Shown: positions 50,478 through 55,110 of the stretch, one piece after another
How positions within the stretch are numbered: the stretch's first letter is position 1
Layout of the letters: each line of letters starts with the position of its first letter
From: an uncultured Bacteroidota bacterium
Lineage (GTDB): Bacteria > Bacteroidota > Bacteroidia > UKL13-3
NCBI GenBank assembly: GCA_903901345.1
Contig: CAIUQQ010000330.1
Coordinates: forward strand, 1 to 55,110
Reading direction: 5' to 3'
DNA: 55,110 nucleotides
Program-made: the position numbers and the translations under genes
Notes under the pieces: generated by a model
Seen by the model: the letters and a program-made list of their open reading frames with translations, nothing else
Database searches by the model: none
Told to the model about the DNA's origin: nothing

Positions 50478-51901
50478 ACACTTAATTCTTTTAGTAAGTC
50501 ACTTATAATTTGTTGGCTTTTTTGAATTTTTGAAAGTATGTCGGCTCTATTGTATTCAATAACCTCTTCAACAATATTTTGGTTTTTTGAATCTAAATCA
50601 AAGTTTTTAAGGTCTTTGATATTTACTTTCCAAGATAAGTTGCTATCAGTTCTATTATTCCACCATTCAATGATTGGCTTGAATTCATCAAATTGAATGG
50701 GTTTTGTTTTAGAATAACTTTTCTGTCCTTCAGGTAGTTTATGTTCGTAATACCAAATATCATTAGTTGGTGCGCCCTTTTCAAAAAACAAAAGATTTGT
50801 TCCTACAATTGCTGGGAAAAATGTGCTTTGCGGAAGTCTTATTATTGTATGCAAATTGCAGTCAGTCAATAATTTTTCTCGGATTCTTGCCTTTACACCT
50901 TCGCCTGTAATTGAACCATCGGGCAATACGATTGCACATCTGCCATTTGGTTTTAATAACTGGATCATAAGAATCACAAACAAGTCTGCCGATTCTTTGC
51001 ATCTATAAGTTGATGGAAAGTTTGTTTCTACTCCGTCCGCTATGCTTGCTCCAAATGGTGGATTTGCAAGGATAACATCAACCTGGTCTTTCTTGCCAAT
51101 GCTGTTGTACTCTTTTTTTAAACTGTCAATGTAATGATAATCGGGAACATCAATTTCGTGAAGTATCAAATTAGTCAAGCCTAATACATAAGCAACTGGT
51201 TTTAATTCCCAACCAGTTATTGAATTTTGTAAAAGTGCTTCGTCATCAACTGTTTTTACATAAGTATCTCTTACGTGGTCAATTGCCGCTGATAAGAAAC
51301 CGCCTGTACCTGCTGCTGGGTCTAAAACTTTTTCGCCCAATTTTGGGTCGGTCATCATTGTCATTAATTGAGTTACGGCTCTTGGCGTATAATATTCGCC
51401 TTTGTTTCCTGCATCTCTTAACTCCTGCAAAATGCTTTCGTAAATATTTCCGAAAACGTGTTTGTCCTCTGATTTTGTAAAGTCAATTTCATTGAGTTTG
51501 TTGATTACCTTTCGCATTTCATAACCACTTTTCATGTAGTTATTTGTGCCATCAAAAACCTCCTTTACTATCATTGCTCGTTTCGGATTTGTTGAGCTTT
51601 TTATTTCTCTTAGTGATAGAAACAGTCCTTTATTTGTCAGTTCGTTGCTATCAATAAAATTTATTAGTTCATCACCAGTAATTCCTTCTGGATTTGTTGC
51701 CCAATTTCTCCATTGAAATTTTTCGGGAATTACAGAAACATAGTTGTCTTTTATTACTTCTAATTCTTGGTCTTTGTCGTCCATTATTTTAAGAAACAAC
51801 ATCCAACCCAATTGCTCTAAACGTTGTGCATCGCCAGAGATTCCTCTGTCTTGCCTCATTATATTTCTTATGTTGCTTATTACTGCACCTACATTTGCCA
51901 T
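50474..51901 (-). CDS. hsdM: Type I RM methyltransferase
   Basis: MRQDRG.SGDAQRLEQL.WMLFLK, GEYYTPR, LDPAAGTGGFL, ANPPFG. Confidence 0.95.
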   Translation of the reverse strand: MANVGAVISNIRNIMRQDRGISGDAQRLEQLGWMLFLKIMDDKDQELEVIKDNYVSVIPEKFQWRNWATNPEGITGDELINFIDSNELTNKGLFLSLREIKSSTNPKRAMIVKEVFDGTNNYMKSGYEMRKVINKLNEIDFTKSEDKHVFGNIYESILQELRDAGNKGEYYTPRAVTQLMTMMTDPKLGEKVLDPAAGTGGFLSAAIDHVRDTYVKTVDDEALLQNSITGWELKPVAYVLGLTNLILHEIDVPDYHYIDSLKKEYNSIGKKDQVDVILANPPFGASIADGVETNFPSTYRCKESADLFVILMIQLLKPNGRCAIVLPDGSITGEGVKARIREKLLTDCNLHTIIRLPQSTFFPAIVGTNLLFFEKGAPTNDIWYYEHKLPEGQKSYSKTKPIQFDEFKPIIEWWNNRTDSNLSWKVNIKDLKNFDLDSKNQNIVEEVIEYNRADILSKIQKSQQIISDLLKELSV

Positions 51902-51904
51902 TTC

Positions 51905-54289
51905 TTATGCCGCTTTATAAAGTTCGTTTTCCAATTCTTTTAATGCTTGTATGTAATTTTCTTTTCCACCAAAAGCATTAATTATTTCGAGTGGTGAACC
52001 TAATTTATTTAATGGGTCAAGTTTTAAAACATCTAAACTTTCAATAGTGAGTAAATCATCATCTGCGTATTTGTCAAGCAAACTTTTGATTACAGATTGT
52101 GCTTTCTCTCCGTATTTAGTAAAGTAGTTTCTTTTCTTCACGTTGTTTGCTCTTTCCTTTCGTGTCAATGGTTTTGCTTCAAAAGCAACATGACAAATCA
52201 AATCAAAAGGGTCAAAGTCTTTTCCGATTTCTTCCTTTAAGGCTTCAAAGAAAATTCCTTGTTGTTCCAATGCTTCAACGATTGCTTTTTTCTTGTCAGC
52301 ATTTTTCCATGAATTCAAAAAGGTTTCAAGCGTTGCGTATTTTTCAATTACATTTTTCTTGGTGTAATCTTTCAGACTTTCGGTAATTATTCGTCCGTCA
52401 GCACCTAAATATTGGACTCGTTCATTTACAATTTTAACTTCAACACCGTTTACTCTTATTTTTTCTCTTGGATTTGGTTCTGCTACTATAAAACCACCAC
52501 CAATTACAGTTGGATATTCAGGCGTAGGAAAAACGACATCACCACCATCAACCACATCAACAATTGGTTCGTCTGTTACTTCATCGTCTGTTCCCGAAAT
52601 ATCGTCATCTTCTGTAATATCTTTAATCATTACAGGGTCGCCATCAAAATTAGGGTCTGCAAAAAGATTGGTTACATTTCTAAAATCCATTATCGTGAAA
52701 TATGTTTTACCATATTCTTCATTAATTCTTGTTCCTCTACCAATAATTTGTTTGAACTCTGTTGGTGAACCGATATTACTATCCAATACAATGAGTTTGC
52801 AAGTTTGAGCATCAACGCCAGTAGTCATTAATTTTGAAGTTGTCGCAATAACAGGATAGCGTTCACTTGGATTTATAAAACTGTCTAATTCTCTTTTCCC
52901 TTCTTCATTGTCGCCTGTAATCTGCATTACATACTTATTGTTTTGAGCAACCAAATCGGCATTGGCGTTAGCCAATGCGGTTCGCATGCCTTCGGCATGC
53001 TCAATGTCAATGCAAAAAACAATTGTCTTTGCGAAACGGTCATTTCCTTTTAAAAATTCCGTTATTTTTCTTGCAACTAATTCTCTTCGTTCATCAACAA
53101 CAATGCTTTTATCAAAGTCAGTTCTGTTGTAAATTCTATCTTCAACAGGATTTCCGTTTTTATCTAAAAAGCCTTTTGTTGGTCGCCAACCTTCCGCATC
53201 AATATCAAGAGTTACTTTAATTACCTTGTAAGGTGCAAGAAAACCATCGTCAATACCTTGTCTTAACGAATAAGTGTAAACTGGTTCACCAAAATAATGA
53301 ATGTTTGAGGTTTCGGTTGTTTCCTTTGGTGTGGCTGTCATACCCAAATGAGTTGCAGTTTTGAAATAGTCTAATATTTCACGCCACTTGCTATCTTCTT
53401 TTGCACTTCCTCTGTGGCACTCATCAACTACAATTAAATCAAAAAATTCAGGACTGAATTGTTTATAAGCATCATCTGATTTACTGTCTGACAAGCCTTG
53501 ATACAAAGCTAAATATACATTGTAAGCGGTGTCAATTTGTTTGTGTTTAATGATTGTCATGGCATCTTTGAAATGCCTGAAATCACCTCTTGCTGTTTGG
53601 TCTATGAGTGAAGTTCTGTCTGCTAGAAACAGAATTCGTTTTTTTGCTCCGCTTTTCCAAAGTCTGTAAATAATTTGAAACGCGGTATAGGTTTTTCCTG
53701 TTCCAGTTGCCATTACTAAAAGAATTCTGTCTTGCTTTTTCGCAACTGCTTCAATAGTTCTGTTAATGGCAATTTGTTGGTAATACCGTGGGGAACGACC
53801 AGAGCCATCTAAAAAATAGTCGGTTGAAACTACGTTTTCAACTTCTTTGTCTTCTATGCCTTTGTATTTTTTATATTTCTCCCAAAGTTGTTCAGGGCTT
53901 GGGAATTCGTCATTTGAAATTTCCGTTTCAATGTCTCCGCTTGTAACTGTTTTGTCGTGGAAATAAAAACCGTCTCCGTTGCTACTAAACACAAAAGGAA
54001 TGTCCAACGTGTTGGCATAACCTAATGCCTGTTGAATTCCAGCTTTTACTGAATGATTGTTGTCTTTTGCCTCAATGATTGCAATAGGTACGTTTGGCTT
54101 ATAAAACAAAATGTAGTCGGCAAATTTCCGTTTTCCTCTTGCTGTAATTTTACCCTTCACATAAATGCGTCCGTCAGTAAAAAATATTTCACGTCCAAGT
54201 TGAGTGTGTTCGTCCCAACCCGCCTTTGTCACGGCAGGAGTGATAAACTTCTCTTTTATGTCGGCTTCTGATAAGTCCTTTTTGTTCAT
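51905..54289 (-). CDS. hsdR: Type I RM restriction subunit (EcoAI/EcoEI-like)
   Basis: ADYIL...IIEAK, MATGTGKT, DECHRGSA, MTATP, TGVDA, QIIGRGTR, DPFDLICHVAF. Confidence 0.95.
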   Translation of the reverse strand: MNKKDLSEADIKEKFITPAVTKAGWDEHTQLGREIFFTDGRIYVKGKITARGKRKFADYILFYKPNVPIAIIEAKDNNHSVKAGIQQALGYANTLDIPFVFSSNGDGFYFHDKTVTSGDIETEISNDEFPSPEQLWEKYKKYKGIEDKEVENVVSTDYFLDGSGRSPRYYQQIAINRTIEAVAKKQDRILLVMATGTGKTYTAFQIIYRLWKSGAKKRILFLADRTSLIDQTARGDFRHFKDAMTIIKHKQIDTAYNVYLALYQGLSDSKSDDAYKQFSPEFFDLIVVDECHRGSAKEDSKWREILDYFKTATHLGMTATPKETTETSNIHYFGEPVYTYSLRQGIDDGFLAPYKVIKVTLDIDAEGWRPTKGFLDKNGNPVEDRIYNRTDFDKSIVVDERRELVARKITEFLKGNDRFAKTIVFCIDIEHAEGMRTALANANADLVAQNNKYVMQITGDNEEGKRELDSFINPSERYPVIATTSKLMTTGVDAQTCKLIVLDSNIGSPTEFKQIIGRGTRINEEYGKTYFTIMDFRNVTNLFADPNFDGDPVMIKDITEDDDISGTDDEVTDEPIVDVVDGGDVVFPTPEYPTVIGGGFIVAEPNPREKIRVNGVEVKIVNERVQYLGADGRIITESLKDYTKKNVIEKYATLETFLNSWKNADKKKAIVEALEQQGIFFEALKEEIGKDFDPFDLICHVAFEAKPLTRKERANNVKKRNYFTKYGEKAQSVIKSLLDKYADDDLLTIESLDVLKLDPLNKLGSPLEIINAFGGKENYIQALKELENELYKAA

Positions 54290-54453
54290 GTTCTACTTTT
54301 TATTGTCGGTCGGTGCGGTGGCAAAATTTAGCTCTTTTGGTTTTGCGAAGCGTTGGCTTGTGTGTCGGGCAAAACCAAATGTGCTAAATGTGCGGCTGGC
54401 TTTTATGTCGTTTTTCTGTCTGTTCATGTTTACCACTGTCGTCTTTTAGGGTT

Positions 54454-54535
54454 GCTTGTAACTTGTTTATATAGGAATGTTTAACCCTAAAACCTTCCTA
54501 TGTCTATCCAAAATTGGGTTGTTTTAGGAATGTTT
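54454..54535 (-). other. attI-like primary recombination site heading the cassette array
   Basis: Minus strand ...TATAAACAA-GTTACAAGC with no upstream palindromic arm; direct repeats TAGGAATGTTT (54472, 54525) and an inverted copy (54490-54500). Confidence 0.65.
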
Positions 54536-54542
54536 CTATATT

Positions 54543-54573
54543 CAAACATACCTATTATTTTTATATATCCAAA
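54543..54573 (-). promoter_or_regulatory. Bacteroidota housekeeping promoter firing into the array (Pc-like)
   Basis: Minus strand TTTG-N19-TATGTTTG matches the -33/-7 consensus and spacing. Confidence 0.7.
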
Positions 54574-54769
54574 TCTTCAATTGGACTTTTTATTTCACTT
54601 ATTTATTACCCAATTAAAAATCAAAGTTAACCAATAATTTTATGCTTTTAGGTAGAATTCAAAATAAATAATAATACTATGTTTACGTAATCTAAAGCAT
54701 TCTTCTCTTAAAAGGTAATATTTACTTCATTTTGGGGTAAGTTTTGGGATTTTACGCTTAAAAGTCCAT

Positions 54770-55043
54770 TTTTCCACCCAGCAAAGGAGCTTTTCCACCC
54801 AGCAAAGGAGCTTTTCCTCCCAGCAAAGGAGCAAATTCCACCAGTATTGGAGCAAATTCCACCAGCAAAGGAGCAAATTCTACCAGCATTGGAGCAAATT
54901 CCACCAGCATTGGAACAGATTCCACCCAGCAAAGGAGCTTTTCCTCCCAGCAAAGGAGCAAATTCCACCAGCATTGGAGCAAATTCTACCAGCATTGGAA
55001 CTTTTCTTCCCTACAAAATTCCTTTTCCTCCTTACAAAGGAAA
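54770..55043. repeat. 21-bp tandem repeat (about 11 good and 2 degenerate units)
   Basis: Units TTTTCC(A/T)CCCAGCAAAGGAGC and AAATTC(C/T)ACCAGCATTGGAGC; one 22-bp unit. Confidence 0.9.
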
Positions 55044-55110
55044 ATTTCTTGCTGGCATTTATAATTTTACTAAAGAAAAAACACTATTAATTATTTGAAA
55101 AAAGAGTAAG

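Noticed and set aside
54770-55043. CRISPR array or repeat-protein ORFs (54708..54995, 54758..54982, 54847..55098)
   Set aside because: Units are contiguous with no unique spacers, no cas genes are present, and a 22-bp unit breaks the frame.

Overview
AT-rich Bacteroidota-type chromosome segment (T9SS sorting domains, TAnnTTTG promoters). Bases 1-16.3 kb are mostly housekeeping genes: two convergent LamG/CHU_C paralogs, a TrpG/PabA-type amidotransferase, a CBS protein, nadK, guaB, a CvfB-like protein, pdxJ, alkB, an M1 peptidase, pnuC and an rlmI-like gene. From about 16.7 to 54.6 kb is an accessory region. Its most striking feature is an integron-like gene-cassette array on the minus strand, delimited by 126-bp TAAC...GTTA imperfect palindromes. 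For three cassettes the first 9 bp are the exact reverse complement of the 9 bp at that cassette's own 3' boundary, as expected if they moved as circles. The array starts at an attI-like site (54454-54535) behind a consensus Bacteroidota promoter. The cassettes carry (i) type I RM plus an OLD nuclease, (ii) a NAD(P)H oxidoreductase and (iii) a transglutaminase-like / mini-RHS toxin / immunity trio. One attC-like site is split by a ~22.7-kb tyrosine-integrase element with a 7-bp TGCTGTT repeat and arm-type repeats. That element encodes an excisionase, a primase-helicase and several defence-like modules (SNF2 + type III RM, an ART-like pair, a kinase operon). No cassette recombinase is visible in the window. 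All family assignments are from motif recognition by eye, not from database searches.
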